From assembly GCA_951406725.2 (NCBI GenBank), contig OX597816.1:75144001-75208000 (forward strand): 64,000 nt of DNA. The letters run 5' to 3'. Positions 47,101 to 61,529 of the stretch are shown here, piece after piece. The translations under genes were made by a program, and so were the position numbers. Origin of the DNA: Octopus vulgaris (Eukaryota). The notes below the pieces were generated by a model, which worked only from the letters and a program-made list of their open reading frames with translations, made no database searches and was not told the DNA's origin. Every line of letters begins with the position of its first letter. The first letter of the stretch is position 1.

Positions 47101-48626
47101 GTAAGACAAAAAAAGGATTTTGTCCCTGATGTGTTTTAATAGTTAGCATAAATATTGATTTATAACAAACATACAGGCATGGCTGTGTAGTTTAGTAGCT
47201 TACTTTACCACCATATGGTTTCAGGTTCAATCCCACTGCATGGTACCTTGGCCAAGTTTCTTCTACTGTAATCCCTGGCCAACCAATGTCTTGTAAGTGA
47301 ATTTGTTAGAAACTGTGTGGAACATCATCATCTAATGTTTGCTTTCCATGCTGTCATGGGTTAGACAGTTTGATTGAAACTAGTAAGCTCAAGAACTACA
47401 CCAGGTTCCAACCTAATTTGGAATGGTTTCTATGGCTGGATGCCCTTCCTAATGCCAACCACTCCAAGAGTGTTATGGTTGCTTTCTACGTGCCACTGGT
47501 ACAGGTACTATTAACATGACACCAGCAATGGCCGCAAGTACAATTTCACTTGGTTTGATGAGTCTTCTCAACCACAATATATTGCCAAAGGTCTCAGTCA
47601 CTTACCATCACCTCTGTGAGGCCCAACATTGAAACATCATGCTACTGGCATAATGTGTGTGTGTATGTGTGTGTGATCACTTGACAACAAATATTGGTTT
47701 GTTAACGTCTCTATAACTTAGCAGTTTGACAAAAGAAACCAATAGAATAAGTACTGGGGGTAATCTGACTAAAACCCTTCAAGGTAGTACTCTAGCATTG
47801 TCACTGAAACATGTAAAAGAAGATACAAGGCAGCAAATTTTGGGCAGAAAGTCTGATCAGTTGACTTCCTCTGGATGGAAGAAAGACAATGTTTTTTTAA
47901 CTTAGAACATAAATAGGTCTAACTAAATTCCATGAGATATTTGTCTATTCTCTATTGATTCTATCAATGCTTTTATCTAACATCTGCCATCCCATTCAAG
48001 TATGATGGTAAATGTAAGGCAGTCATCATCTTCAGCAACACATTTCCAGTTGTTTTAGACGTCCAGTACAGTTACACAGTTTAAATATTCTTTGAAAATA
48101 GTAAGTCAAGAAATTGTTGTTTAGCTCCAAATCAACCGTCACTGAGTAGACTTATCACAGCCATTCTAGATGTTGCCATCCCATCTAGGACAATATTATT
48201 TGATGTCTTTTCCTTTTCTAACACGTTAGTCTGTGAGTTGAGGGAAATTTGGCTGCTATTTTTAGTAAGTCATGCAACAATTTAGAAGCTGTTGTTGGCT
48301 AAAAGTCAAAGAAGTTTTCTTCACCCACCCATCTCTAACTCTGCATTAACCACTATATCCAGTCCTTCCCTCCCAGAGCTTGTTCTCTGTAGGATGCCCT
48401 CTATAGCCTCTTTTCTTTTTGAGTTATTCATGAAGAACAACTACACCAGTCTCAGAATTCTTGGAAGGGCTTTGAAAGGCAAAGATAGACCCTTCTTCTA
48501 GACCAAAGCATTTAAAAAAAACAAGAAGAAAGTCAATGAGCTGAACCTTAATAGTAAAGCCAAGTAAACCATCATCCTTCTACTTTTCGAAGGTGTTACT
48601 AAAATATTTCCTTTTCTACATTTCAG

Positions 48627-48713
48627 ATAGTCTTGCTATGACCTTACGGAAGAAATCACACAAAAGACCAGAAACCACTACACCATATCGGCTCCGTAAA
48701 AGAAATGATATTG
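48627..48713 (+). CDS. ORC2: ORC2 exon 6
   Basis: tttcag acceptor; SLAMTLRKKSHKRPETTTPYRLRKRNDI with a TPYRLRKR CDK/basic motif; G|GTAAGT. Confidence 0.87.
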
Positions 48714-49448
48714 GTAAGTATTTCTTTTCTCACTTTTTTTTTTCTAGGCCATTTGTAACTTCTAGCCTGCTATCTCTAGAGTTTACTGTAATGTCCTAGT
48801 CTGGATTAGATTGTTCTTTCCCAACACATCATTTATGAGGGACTTACTCTGTATTTCTTCTTCCTATTAAATTGGCCTGAACACTTTAACATTTAAACAG
48901 GTCATATGTGGCCCAAATATTCTACCTGCTTTATGTTCAAACTGGCCAGATTCAGCCTCTCACACCTACCCTACAATGTCATTCTAAAAGCAAACAATGG
49001 CATCATTGAAATCTCAAATCTATGAGATAATGCATGATTAATTCAAAGCAGTATGAATAAATAAGCATTAAATTTGACAGAGTACCCTGAATGCTAAAAG
49101 GTCAAGAGATCTATATATATTTTTAATTTTTTTGTCTTGTAACTATTTCTTCCTGTTTACATGGTTGAGGCAGCTTTATGAATTTTTTTCCAATTTACAC
49201 CTTGTTGAAATGATTACTGTTGTAACTGGACACCACAAACCATTCACTCACAATGTAGGAGTAGAACTTGTCAGCCAGGTAGGTTGTGGACAGCTGAATT
49301 GTGGGTCATGCTCAGGGATACACACTAAATTTGGATTTAGTAAGGTTTGAACTTCTAACTTTGTGGGTAATAATCTAGTACTTTAACTTCATGACTTGTC
49401 TTATTAATCAAATTTTCACTGAAGCCAAAAATATTTGATTTTTTACAG

Positions 49449-49657
49449 CTTACAATGATGAATCCTCCAGTGACAGTTTATGTTCTTCCAGTGATGAAAG
49501 TGACTCAAGCTTTGAACCCCAACAAAAGGTCCTTTCAAACACTGCTGATTTAACTATCAAGGAGTCTAAGGATTCCTCTAAAATTAAGCCAACTTCTAAA
49601 GCTAACACAAAAATTTCCACTCCAAGTGCTTCCAAAAAAATGTCTGAGGAAGATATG
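49449..49657 (+). CDS. ORC2: ORC2 exon 7 (acidic/Ser-rich)
   Basis: ttttttacag acceptor; open for 69 codons, YNDESSSDSLCSSSDESDS...KKMSEEDM; ATG|GTATGT. Confidence 0.85.
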
Positions 49658-50179
49658 GTATGTATGTTAATGCATGAAGTATATGTTATCTTTGTATATT
49701 ACATTATATATTATCGTATATGTGAAAGCATCTGACCTAGAGGTTGCACTCAAAATCACAAGATCGTGGGTTCGATTCCTGGACCAGGTGATGCATTGTG
49801 TTCTTGAGAAAAACACTTCACTTCACATTGCTCTGGTCTGCTCAGATACAAATGGATAAGCCCACAACAGAATAGCCTTCTAATTAGGAGGGATGTTGGT
49901 CTGCTTGAAGCTAAAACGATGCGCAGAGCATTGTGGTCAGCGATGTATAACAACATCTGATAGCCTGATTGATACTGTGATACCATGATTATCCTACATG
50001 CCGTCATATGAAAGAACAGGCTCTTAAGATAAGTTCTAAGAATTCGTACGTGCTATACTTGCTGCATAAGATTATAACAAACTTCACACTTATCACAAGG
50101 CCATAATTAATAAATTCTGCTAATTTGTTTTTGAGGCAAACTAGCTGATGTTTCTACATTTTAACAAAGTACAAAAAGT

Positions 50180-50350
50180 CGCAGGTGTGGCTGTGTGTTA
50201 AGAAGTTTGCTTCCCAACCACATGACTCAGGGTTCAGTCCCACTATCTGGTACCTTGAGCAAGTGTCTCGTTTTATAGTCACAGGCCAATCAAAACCTTG
50301 TGAGTGGATTTGGTAGATGAAAACTGAAAGGAGACTGTTGTGTGTGTGTC
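50180..50350 (+). mobile_element. tRNA-head CORE-like SINE; further copies at ~27630-27790, 47175-47330, 50845-51130, 54385-54530, and a 3' part at 35105-35340 on -
   Basis: gtggctgtgtg.taagaag.ttgcttcccaaccacatg...ggttcagtcccact...gagcaagtgtct recurs, followed by (TG)n. Confidence 0.75.
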
Positions 50351-51215
50351 TGTATGTATATGTTGGTATGTACCTATGTGTGTATTAAGTGAATCTCTTG
50401 CATTTTATTTCATGTGCCACCAATTTTGTTTTTCTTATAGCATAGCCAATATATATCGTGTTGAACAGAACTAAACCACTTGCTTGGTATCCTGTTTAGT
50501 TGCCTAAAAATAAAGTTAGTAAAAAAAGACAATACTGATTTTCACTTAAAAATCATTGAAAAAACAGTTGCTGCCTTCATTAGTTTCTGAGATATCACAT
50601 TAGAAACTCAGTGAACCAATCAGCCAAACAAATGAAAAAAATAAAAGTTTTTCTTTCTTTTCTTTTTTTTTTTTGCTTAAGTATGCAAAATGACTGAATA
50701 TTTAAAGAGTGGCATAATAAATGTTAGCTTTGTAAAGTAAGAAATTGTGTTAATAACATTTGAAATACATTTTTCTTTAGGTTTCTCTGAGCCAGTATAA
50801 CAATAAAAAAGATAAACATGGTAAATAACAATCACTTTAACAGCAGGTGCAGGCGTAACTGTGGTTAAGAAACTTGTGGTCTTGGGTTCAGTCCCACTAC
50901 ATGGCATCTTGAGCAAGTGCCTTCTACTATAGTCCCAGGCCAACTGAGCTTTGTGCTTGTGAGTAGATTTGGTTGGCGGAAACTGAGAGAAGACTGTTGT
51001 GTGTGTGTGTGTGTAACCAACCAACCAACCAACCAACTAATAGTTTGGCAAAAATTACTGATACAATAACTACCAGGATTTAAAAATAAGTACTGGGGTC
51101 GATGTTTGACTACACCCTTCAAAGTAGTGCCAAAAACTAGTGGAAGTTAAAAAAAAAAACTGTAAACGTGTCTTTTATGTTCATGTGACATTGCTTAAAA
51201 CTTGTCTTCTAACAG

Positions 51216-51421
51216 CCATCTATTGTAGAACAGTATTTTGAAGTACATTCTACAAAAGGACTTACATCAGACCGAACACTGTCTCGACTGGATATGCCAC
51301 GAATTGATTTAGACGATTTACAGAAACTTCTAAAAAATGTCTCGGGAAACCATTGCAAGGAGTACAAACAGCTTTTTAACAAATATTCTGAATATTTTGA
51401 CAAATGGTTATTTTTACTCAG
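51216..51421 (+). CDS. ORC2: ORC2 exon 8 (start of conserved ORC2 domain)
   Basis: PSIVEQYFEVHSTKGLTSDRTLSRL...YFDKWLFLL; VEqYF..H...lTSDRTL is diagnostic of ORC2; AG|GTAATC. Confidence 0.96.
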
Positions 51422-52880
51422 GTAATCTATTTCATGAATTCACTGTCACCTGTAGTTCATATTTGTTATTTTATATGCTGGTGTGTAGCTAAATGACTAA
51501 AGAGTACTAAAAGCTGTTGAGATTGGTGATTTATTATTAATTATTATGGAAGTGATAGTGTGTCTATATACTTGCATAGATAGGTAAATATTTGATTTTT
51601 TTTTATAATAATTTAATTGTCTAGCATTCAGATAACTTTGTCAAATGCAATGCTTTTTTTTTTATTCACATTGTTTTAAATTAACCATGCATTATCTCAT
51701 AGCTTTGAGGTTTTGACGATGTGATTGTTTCTTTTTAGAATGATATTGAAGGGTAAGTGTGAGATGTCAGATCTAGCCAGTTTAAACATAAATCAGTCCA
51801 CTCTGCAAAGTGGTGGGTGTTCAGAAGGGCATCCAGCCATAAAAAACCTGCCAAAACAGACATAGTAGTCTGGGGTAGTCTTTTACCTGGCCAGCTCCTG
51901 TCAACCATCCTACCCATACATGCATGGAAAATGGATGTTAAATGATGATGATATATATATAAATAATATATATATATATGTTGTAGTTTTCCTGTTTGCA
52001 TCACCAAATTTGTATAATATATATTTATATGTATGTCCAACCCATGCTAGCATGGAAAACGGACGCTAAACGACGATGATGATGATGAATGCAGGTATTA
52101 CTGTGTTGTTAAGAAGTTTGCTTTGCAAGCATGTGGTTCTATATTCAGTCCCATTTCACAGTACTTTGGACGAGTGTCTTCCATTTTTGCCTCAGTTTGA
52201 CTGATGAATTGTGTGTGAAATCATCATCATCATCATCATTTAACATCCATTGTCAATGTTGGGATGGGTTAGATGGTTTGACCAAGGCTGGTAAGCTGAG
52301 GGGCTACACCAGTTTCCAGTTTGATTTGGCATGGTTTCTCAAAGGCTGTCATTACTTTCGAGACAGTACTTCTTGATACACACCAAACATTTCGGCTGTT
52401 TTTGTTATGCTAGTGCCTGGCATACAAGCACCAACAGTTTGACCTCTTTGAAAGTCTGATAGATCTGTCATTTTAATTACCTTTTTCTGATGATATCTGA
52501 AAAGAAACAGTAATTTTAGCAACACATATTAAGCAACACTAATAATAAATCAAAAGACAAAAATAAACCAGCTTTTGATGGTTTTATATATATTACAAAA
52601 TTATGATACTATGATGCTAGGTGTTTCCATTATTTTGTCCAACACCTGTGTATATAATTAGAGAAAGTGTGTGTGTGTGTGTGTGTGTGGGAGATACTGC
52701 TTATGCAGCAGCAGATTTTGTTATACATGTATGGGTATATTACACTGTATTGCAAGTGTCTTACTGTATTTCATAATAATGTGACTGCTGCACTGTATAG
52801 CACTGCTTTATTATACAGTGCATTAACTGCTTGTATACTAATTTCTATAAGTCATTAACATACAGATTTTTTTTTCTCAG

Positions 52881-53013
52881 TTATGGATTCAATATTATGG
52901 TATATGGATTTGGCTCCAAGAAATCATTATTAGAAAAATTCTTCTCTGAAAAACTCAATGGATATGATCATGTTATTGTCAATGGCTTCTTCCCAAGTCT
53001 GTCAATAAAACAC
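52881..53013 (+). CDS. ORC2: ORC2 exon 9
   Basis: YGFNIMVYGFGSKKSLLEKF...HVIVNGFFPSLSIKH (GFN..YG.GSK and VNGFFP motifs); CAC|GTATGT. Confidence 0.97.
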
Positions 53014-53812
53014 GTATGTTGACCTTTCATTTTATTTCACTGATTTTGAAGATGTTACGGCCTGAAGAGCCATTTCAAAGAAAAATGAGTTGGATTAAAA
53101 ATTATTATAGAAAAGGTGACTTTGTGAGAATTTTTTTTTTTATAAAAGACTATAAGTTAGTCACAGGCTGAAAAATTGTGCAAGTGGTATTAGTGTTTGC
53201 TGACTCTCCCTTATTTGTGAAAGCAATGTGGTTGATGTTGAGTTTAAACATTTGCATATTAAACTCTGCTGTAAAAATAAGGGTTGAGTGGAATTCCAGA
53301 GTATTGAAATGCTGGGAAAAAAATCATCAGGATTTTACATCAGTTTTCCATGCTAGGGTTGGTTGGGTGATTATTGCACTCTTTGATGGCTTTGAAGACC
53401 ACATCCGACATGTAAGTTACATTTTTTTTTCATGGTTTCTGTAGCCAGATGCCCTTTCTAACCACACAAGCACACTTGTGCCTATGAATGTTCCCTTTCC
53501 CTAATGAATGCCTGTTGACAAAGGGCAAATTAATTGAAATAAAGTAGATATATATATATATAAATATCTCAAGAGCTAGTAATCTCTTCTCATAAAAAAG
53601 AAATTAATACATCTTTGAGAGAGCAGCTCAATGTGCAGCTCAGTACAAAATAGTAATAATGAATAAATTGTTTTAAAAAATAATAGCTAAAGCTAATAGT
53701 CCATAAAATAATCATCTATTTAAATTGAGTTAATTGGAGATGAAATTTCTCTAACATGTGAATCGTGTTTTATAACTACAGTTTAAAGAACTTATTGTCT
53801 TTCACATTTTAG

Positions 53813-53906
53813 ATTTTAGATTCAATAACAGAAGAGATTCTTAATGAAGAAGGAACATTTAAAACCCTGTTGGACCAGTGTGAATTTATTAAGAAGTCTC
53901 TAGAAG
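53813..53906 (+). CDS. ORC2: ORC2 exon 10
   Basis: ILDSITEEILNEEGTFKTLLDQCEFIKKSLE; G|GTCAGT. Confidence 0.93.
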
Positions 53907-56229
53907 GTCAGTGGCTTTTTATTTGTTTCCCTCATTAAATTGTTATTTTTATTTTTTGTGATTTATAAATTAGTGACAGTACTTATAACCTTTGCTGGTT
54001 CTTATAGACTGGTGTGACTTACTTTCAGTTTTTAACATCTGTAGGCTGGTGTTTGCTATGTGAACAAGGAATGAATTGCAGTTCTGAAGATAACTGTCAA
54101 GCCATCTTGCTCATGCTGGCATGGGTAGGATGACTTGACAGGGTCCTATGGAGCTAAGGACTGCATCATGCTCCACTGTCTACTTTGGCATGGTTTCAAT
54201 GGCTGGATGCCCTCCTAACATCAAATGTACTGAGTCAAAGTATTGGTATTCATTGGTCAAAGTATTTAGAATGAGATCAATAAGGGTATTGAGAGGAAGA
54301 GGGACAACTGTGTCAGGTAGACTTGTTGTCTGAGGAACATTGAAGCTACAATGTAGTATGCTTGTTATTTCAATTTACCATAAGTGCAAACATGGCTGTG
54401 AGGTTATGAAGTTTGCTTTGTAGTCATGTGGTTCCAGGTTCAGTTTCAGTGCATGGCTCCATGGGCAAGTGTCTTCTACTATGACACTGGGCTGACAAAT
54501 GCCTTCTTACTGGAATTGGTAGGTGAAGAAGACCATCAGATCATCATCATCATTTAGCATCTGTTTTCCATGCTGTTTTCCAAGTACCTTACTTGGGAAA
54601 CAAGTAAGAGTTAGTGACTGGGAGAGCATCCAGCTGTAGAAAATCTTCTTTAACAGTTTTCATTTAAAGCATGCCAACATGGAACCACAGATATAATCGG
54701 TTAATTGATGCAAACTATGTAGGTCTTAAAACGCTTGTTGAAGTGGCTCTTCAGAGTAACCTAATTTGTGGACCCATTCAACCATCTCCTAGTATTAACA
54801 AACATAAATAAAAGTAAAATTTCTTTAATCTTCTCTATTTGAAGAAGGTTGGAAATATGTGTAACAATAATATTTTTATTGTTTGTTATCTCCAAATTTT
54901 TGTATGACGTACTAATACTCTACAATAGCTTTATTTTGTTACTTAAAAAAAAGGTAATCTCGAGTCACTGTAGGTTAACAGTCACCAGTGCTGACTTGAC
55001 AGGCATTTCATTTTTGTTGATTCAGTGTAACTAGCTGTAAATCAGCCAATATAGTTGTTATAGCTTACCAGTGTAAATGATGGTATCACTGTAATTGACA
55101 AGTGTTCTCTTAAATTTGTAGGGTTGAGTTAAACCCTGGGATAGACTGACATTCTATTTTGCTTCTCAGCTAATTAACACTGTAAAGACTAAAAGTAAAC
55201 TTCATCAGCCCACAATTCCTTCCAGTTAGTGCAATAAGAAAATAAAAATATATTTTAAATATTGATTTATAGCTTTGGGTACAAGATCACACATTGGTAA
55301 TGAAAGAACTATAGTTAAGTAAATTAATGCAGTACATTACTGGTATCTGTAGGCAAAATTAAATATAACAGGGTTAGAAAAATACATAAAGGCATGTTTA
55401 AAAAAATGGAAAAAATTCATCCTTCTATCACTTCTACCATTCTGTCAACCTTCTATCAAAGATACAAGGGTGACAAATTTTTGTGAAGGGGTACATCCAA
55501 TTAAATTAAACCAGTACTTGACTAGTTCTTATTTTATCAACTTGGAAAGCTGAAAGCCAAAATCATTCAGGTGGAATTTGCAATAAATGCTGCAGGAGAT
55601 TTTGTCCACCTCTCTATTAATTTACTCCTGAATCTATTATGAGATGGATATTAGCAGGAACATGGAAATTTATATTATATCATGTTTGAACCCATTGGAG
55701 TTTTCTTATCACAAAGCAATATTACATTGTTGACGACTGCTTTTCAATTTTGCTTGTTCTATATTCAAAAGAATGTGAAGAAGATATGGTAAGTAGGAAG
55801 TGTCAGTTGTTTCAACAAACAGAGATACATGCAGAATGACATAACTCTTTACCTGTCCAAAGCATTTTCATTTGTTTCATATGTTTTGAGTAATCTAAAG
55901 TTCCTCTAGTTGTTGAAAAAAAATTGGGCGTGCCGGTGGCACGTAAAAAGCACCATCCGACCGTGGCCGTTGCCAGCTTCATCTGGTCTCCATGCCGGTG
56001 GCATGTAAAAAGCACCATCCGATTGTGGCCGTTTGCCAGCCTCATCTGGCACCTAAAAAGCACCCACTACACTCACGGAGTGTTTGGTGTTAGGAAAGGC
56101 ATCCAGCTGTAGAAACACTGCCAGATTAGACTGGGCCTGGTGCAGCCACCTGGCTTCCCAGACCCCAGTTGAACTGTCCAACCCATGCTAGCATGGAAAG
56201 CAGACGTTAAACGATGATGATATTATATA

Positions 56230-56460
56230 CAGGGTTGGCCAAAAGTCACTTGACTGTAAATCAAAATTCCATAAATTCTATCTAATTCTGTATTGACTCA
56301 AATGGAAAAATGTATTGCTCAAGAAGGACTTCAGTTTGAACAATTTTCATGATGTTTCATATTTAGATGCTTTTATTAAATTCATTCAATTGTTAAACAT
56401 AAATAAATCTTGGAATTAAATGGTATTGATTTACTGCCCAGTGACTTTTGGCCAACCCCG
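56230..56460. mobile_element. Tc1/mariner-type MITE, 231 bp
   Basis: 35-bp TIRs (31/35 matching) cagggttggccaaaagtcact..., TA on both sides. Confidence 0.88.
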
Positions 56461-56703
56461 TATAATGCATAGACACCAAGGAAACAATTTGAGTGTCACA
56501 GGACAGGCAAACAGTTAAGTACAGTAGCTCAGAAAGAATTGAACTTACTTTCTGGGTCTTAATGCCACTATCCACCACTACTGCTGCACAGCAGGGCTAT
56601 AGGAAGGTTCATGACATTAATATTTGGATGATGAATTGTGTTGTTAACTTATCTACTAATTAACAAAGTATATTTTGTTTTTTTTCATTTATTTTTAATA
56701 CAG

Positions 56704-56850
56704 ATGATGACAGAGATTTCTACCTGTTAATCCATAATATTGATGGCATCATGTTACGTTCAGCTAAAGTCCAGAATATATTTAGTTTCCTATGTAAAAT
56801 TAAGCGTTTCCATATGGTCGCTTCTGTTGATCACATAAATGCACCTTTAA
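56704..56850 (+). CDS. ORC2: ORC2 exon 11
   Basis: DRDFYLLIHNIDGIMLRSAKVQ...MVASVDHINAPL (LIHNiD and ASiDHiNAPL motifs); A|GTAAGT. Confidence 0.97.
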
Positions 56851-58034
56851 GTAAGTCATTTAACTCCTCTATCTTTCTTTCTCTCGTTTTGCATCCATTT
56901 TTTCTTGCATGTGTACATAGAAAGGTTTTTGTGATGAAATCATTAGTTTTGCAGCCGGATGGTGTCTTTTCCTTCTGTTAAACATTTAATTGTTTACTGC
57001 TTACTAAAATTTTTGGCAATCATAATTCTGTAGTATTGTTTCTTCTACGTTAATAAGAACACTGAGACATAGAATTTTTCTAATATTTTAAACTTTGTTA
57101 TGATTGTTATTAATGGCTAGCTGCAACTGAGCAAGTTGGTACTATGGTATAAATATTTAACTTCAGCTGTAATTGGTATTATGCTGAGCCACAGCTCACA
57201 AGTGCATTAATAGAATGCAGTGAGGAATTCAAATTCCATTATAGACCTTGAAATAACAGTAAACAAATTCAAATCTGTGTTTGACATAAAATCTCCCTGA
57301 TCCAACAATCCAATGTGACATTATTTCATTGAAAGACCAACATCACTGTATAATAATTGTGTCTGTTACTATAGATGACACTTTACAGAAAATTAGGGAA
57401 TAAATTCCATACATAAATCGAAGTGTTGACTTGAACCCAGGTTTTATGAGTGAATGAGTGAAAACAAAATGGTTCAGTTACTAATCGTAGGTTCCTAGTT
57501 GGAATTTAAACCACAAATTCCTAGATATATTGCCATGTATAAAATGTTTTGTTATGTACTCATTTCCAGCTTACATCAGTCTGGAAGAAGAGTGGGATCA
57601 TCTATATGGTTGCTTCATCTGTTGAATAGAGCTGCTAGGTTTTCCTCTACAAATCTCCTTATTGTCTTTAATATAGAACCAACAGGAAGGATTTGGTGAA
57701 TTTTTTCAACTGGAACAATGCTGTTACCAAATCCTCCTCAATAATTTCCATACTGTCTTTAGCATGTAGCCAGCATGGAAGCTTTTATGTAAATACTCAG
57801 TATGCACAATATAGCAACCAAAACTGCTTCCACAAGCCCTGTATAGTGTAAAATAGGGATCATGCATTCTACTTCTAAATATTATTATTACCCTGTCCTA
57901 TAATTGATCAAATACTTCATACTTGTGGGGCTGATCAAAGAACTATTCGAAGACAACAAAACCCCAACCTTATATTGTTGTATTTAATGCAATTTTTTCA
58001 TTGTTTTTATTGTAATGTAATTTTGCTATTTCAG

Positions 58035-58271
58035 TCTGGGACCAGATGCGCTACATCAAATTCAATTGGTTGTGGTGTGATGTAACTACTTATGAGCCTT
58101 ACATGGAGGAAACAGCCTATGAAAATTCCCTGATGGTGCAACAATCTGGACGTTTAGCACTGAGCTCCCTGTCACATGTCATGCATAGTTTAACATCAAA
58201 TGCTAAAGGGATATTCATGCTTCTTGCTCGCTATCAAATGGAAAATCAAGCCAGTGTTCAGAACTATCAAG
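58035..58271 (+). CDS. ORC2: ORC2 exon 12; remaining C-terminal exon(s) lie beyond the window
   Basis: WDQMRYIKFNWLWCDVTTYEPYMEETAYENSLMVQQSGRLALSSLSHVMHSLTSNAKGIF; G|GTAACT; no REAFLV/EFRDH-type exon found up to 64000. Confidence 0.97.
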
Positions 58272-58304
58272 GTAACTTTCTCGTAAAACTATTTTGTATG
58301 TATG

Positions 58305-59076
58305 CTATTGAAAGAGTCAGAAAATTGAGTTAATGGGTTCTTCACAAACTTCCGAGTCTAGTCACATGCGGAGAGTGAATGTGTGCTCTTCTTTACTGTT
58401 ACATTTCACAAATGAACCCTTTTTGAACCAAATAGTGACAAGAAATTGGTTCTCTATAAAAATGTCAAGCACCAAAGACAGTGGGTCAGGAAAAGAGTAA
58501 CACTAGCACCCCAGGCTAAAGAAGGTCTTCACCCACATAAGGTGTTGTTATCTGTTTGGTGGGATATAAAAGGTTTAGTCCACTTTGAACTTTTAAACCC
58601 AACCAAATAATAACAAAGGAGATCTACTGTGAGCAGCTTAAGTCAGCACTAGAAGAAAAACAAGCATCTTTGGTTTCAAGATGAAAAGTGTTCTTCCATC
58701 AGGATAATGCTTGGCCACATACAGCGAGGATGACATTCCAAAGGCTGGAGCAGTTTGAATGGGAAATGATGCCCCACATACCATATATGCACCAGACATG
58801 CCCCATCTGATTATTTTTTATTCTGCAGTCTGCAAAATCATTTGGATGAAAAAAATATGAATTTTGTAGATAAGGTCAGAACAATACTGGAGGAATATTT
58901 TTCGTCATGGACAAGTGAACTTTGGAAGAGGAGCCTTGCAAGTCTACCAGATAGATGGAAGAGCTTTGTAGAAAATGAAGGAGAGTATAGATTAGATTAA
59001 AAAAGAACTTTGTTTATCATAATTTTAAAAAATAAAGGAAGAAAAAAAGAACTGCATTATTTATGGGATGACCCAA
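58305..59076 (+). mobile_element. 5'-truncated DD34D mariner
   Basis: W.LHKL, KVLLSVWWD, FHQDNA.PH remnants; right TIR ttatgggatgacccaa-TA. Confidence 0.85.
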
Positions 59077-59716
59077 TATTTATTGAAATGGGGATGTGTG
59101 CATACACACACATATGTCTGCATGCACACACATACATCATCTTCATCCTCCTCATCATCATCATGTTGACATGGGTTGGACAGTTTGACAGGAGCTGGAG
59201 AGCTACATCAGGCTCCAATTGTCTGCTTTGGTGAGGTTTCAGGGATTGGATGTCCTTCCTAACACCAACCATTTTACAGAGTGTACTGGGTGCTTTTACA
59301 TGGCACTAGCATGTATGTCATAATATTGGGTTTACCTTCTATCCAAAATAGTAGTCTTTTCCATTGATTCCAAAATGTTACTATGTATGTGTGTTTGATG
59401 AGTGTTTTGAATTCGTTGAAGATCCAATAATTATATTGACTCTATTTTCTTTAATTCTCTTAAACTCTTGCTCTATTATAGTAAACCATTTCCCAGTTTC
59501 TTTCAGATTCTTTCCATATCTTAATTTTTATTTGCAGAGAAAGTTTATTTCTCTGCAGTTCTCTTATTCAATTTTTTGCAGCTCTATTACTGAATCTTGA
59601 AAATAAAATCTTATGTGTTAGCTTAGAGTATATCTGCCTCATTATTGAAGAAGTGAAATTAAAGTAAAATGAAAAACAAACAACAAAATGGTGTTGCTGC
59701 ATATGTAAAATATATA

Positions 59717-61049
59717 AGAAGGTGACCTGAAAAGTTCATAGGTTGACTATGAAGGAGTGATGCTAGAGCTCTGAAATCATCATCATCATCATCATCGTTT
59801 AGCGTCCGCTTTCCATGCTAGCATGGGTTGGACGGTATAATCTTGCATGCATTAATTTTGATTCTTCTTATTAATAACTGTAGTGGTTCTTTCCCAGTAA
59901 ACTGACTTCTGACTGTTCAGAGACTTCAAAAGTAACTAGTAGCAACTTCTTTTGAAAATGGACAAAATTTGGCATCATGTTATCAAGCACCTGCAGAAAA
60001 ATAGTTTAGCCCCCAAGGACATTCATGCTGACGCAGTTGCTACATTAGATGATGTTCCAGCTTTATCAACAGTGCAAAATGAGGCAGCTGAATTTAGAAG
60101 GAGAAGAGAAAGTCTTGAATATGACTCAAGATCCTGCAACTTCCACCACTGAGGAAAACATTGATCATATTCACTACATAGTGATGGATGACAGGCTATT
60201 CACTATACATCAAATAACCTGTGCTATTAGCATATCCCTTGAGAGTTGAAAATATTCTGCACAAGGAACTTGGTGTGATGATGGTTTTTGCTTGATGGAT
60301 ACTACATCTTCTGACATCAGATCAAATGTGCACCAGGCTGATCATATCACGGGAAAATCTGACATTGTTTGAAGCATATTCTGCTGGTTTCTGCGAATGT
60401 TTCCCTCAGCCAAGATGAGTGTTGGGTTCATCACTTCGAGCCAAAGACAAAGAAACAATCTATGCAGTGGAAACACCCCTCTTCACCTGTTCCAAAGAAA
60501 GCCAAGGTCGTTTCATCTGTCAGGAAGGTGACAGCCTCAGTTTTTTGGGATGCAAAATGCATTGTGTTTATTAACTATATTTAAAAGGGCCACATCATCA
60601 ATGAAAGGTGCTATGCCAACTTGTTGAGGTAGTTACAAAAGGCTATCAAGACCAAACACCCAGGAAAACTCATGAAACGGGTCTTGTTTCATCAGGACAG
60701 TGCTCTAGCACACAAGTCCTAAGTTTCAATGACTGCAGTGTGTAACTGGCTTTGAACTGGTTGATTAACCTCCCTATTCTCCTGATTTGGTCCCATCTGA
60801 CTATCATTTGCTCCTCAACGTGAAAAAACACTTGGCTGGGAATTAGTGTTGCAGTGATGCTGTCACATCAGCTGTTGGTGACTTTTTTGACTAACAAGAC
60901 GAAAGATTTTTCAGCAATGGGATCCAAGCGCTACACCAATGGAAGAAGCATGTGGACCACAAAGAGAAGTATGTTGAAAAATAAACCTCATTTGGTCACA
61001 CTCCATGAGAGCATCTTGATCATCCTATGAATTTTTCAGCTTGCCCTCA
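59717..61049 (+). mobile_element. Full-length decayed mariner with a 60-bp RTE-tail insertion at ~59778-59838
   Basis: TIRs gaaggtgacctgaaaagttcatagg / cctatgaatttttcagcttgccctc with TA flanks; DECWVHHFEP.TKKQSMQWKHPSSP, ASVFWD. Confidence 0.88.
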
Positions 61050-61529
61050 TAAAAAAAAAGTTTTTTAAAATGACCAAAATCAAAACTGTGCAAAGTACTA
61101 TATAAACTGGTGGACCACTGTACATAAAAATTAGTTTAGCTAGTTTTATGTATTTTAAATTTTTGACATTAATTTCAGTAATATGCTTGTATCTAGTATT
61201 TATCAATTTATTCATTTATGATTTTAGTTAGTAAAAGTTGGATGTGGAGACCCTTGTGACTGTTACAGGCTCTCCTTCACTGGTTGTTCATCTTTCTCAA
61301 CTTGTCTATTAGTTATCTATCTTTACCTAAATACCAGTATTTACCTTACTTTAATCCTTTCATTACCATATTTCTGTTGAAATGTGCTGCTTTTGTTTAA
61401 ATTAATTTGAAAATAATAAGATTTTTGTTAGATAAATGTTTAAGTGGGTTTTAGAACATTAATTAACATGAAATTTTGATGGAAGGTTTTAATTTAGATC
61501 ACTTGAACAAAATAAGTTTGTATCATTAT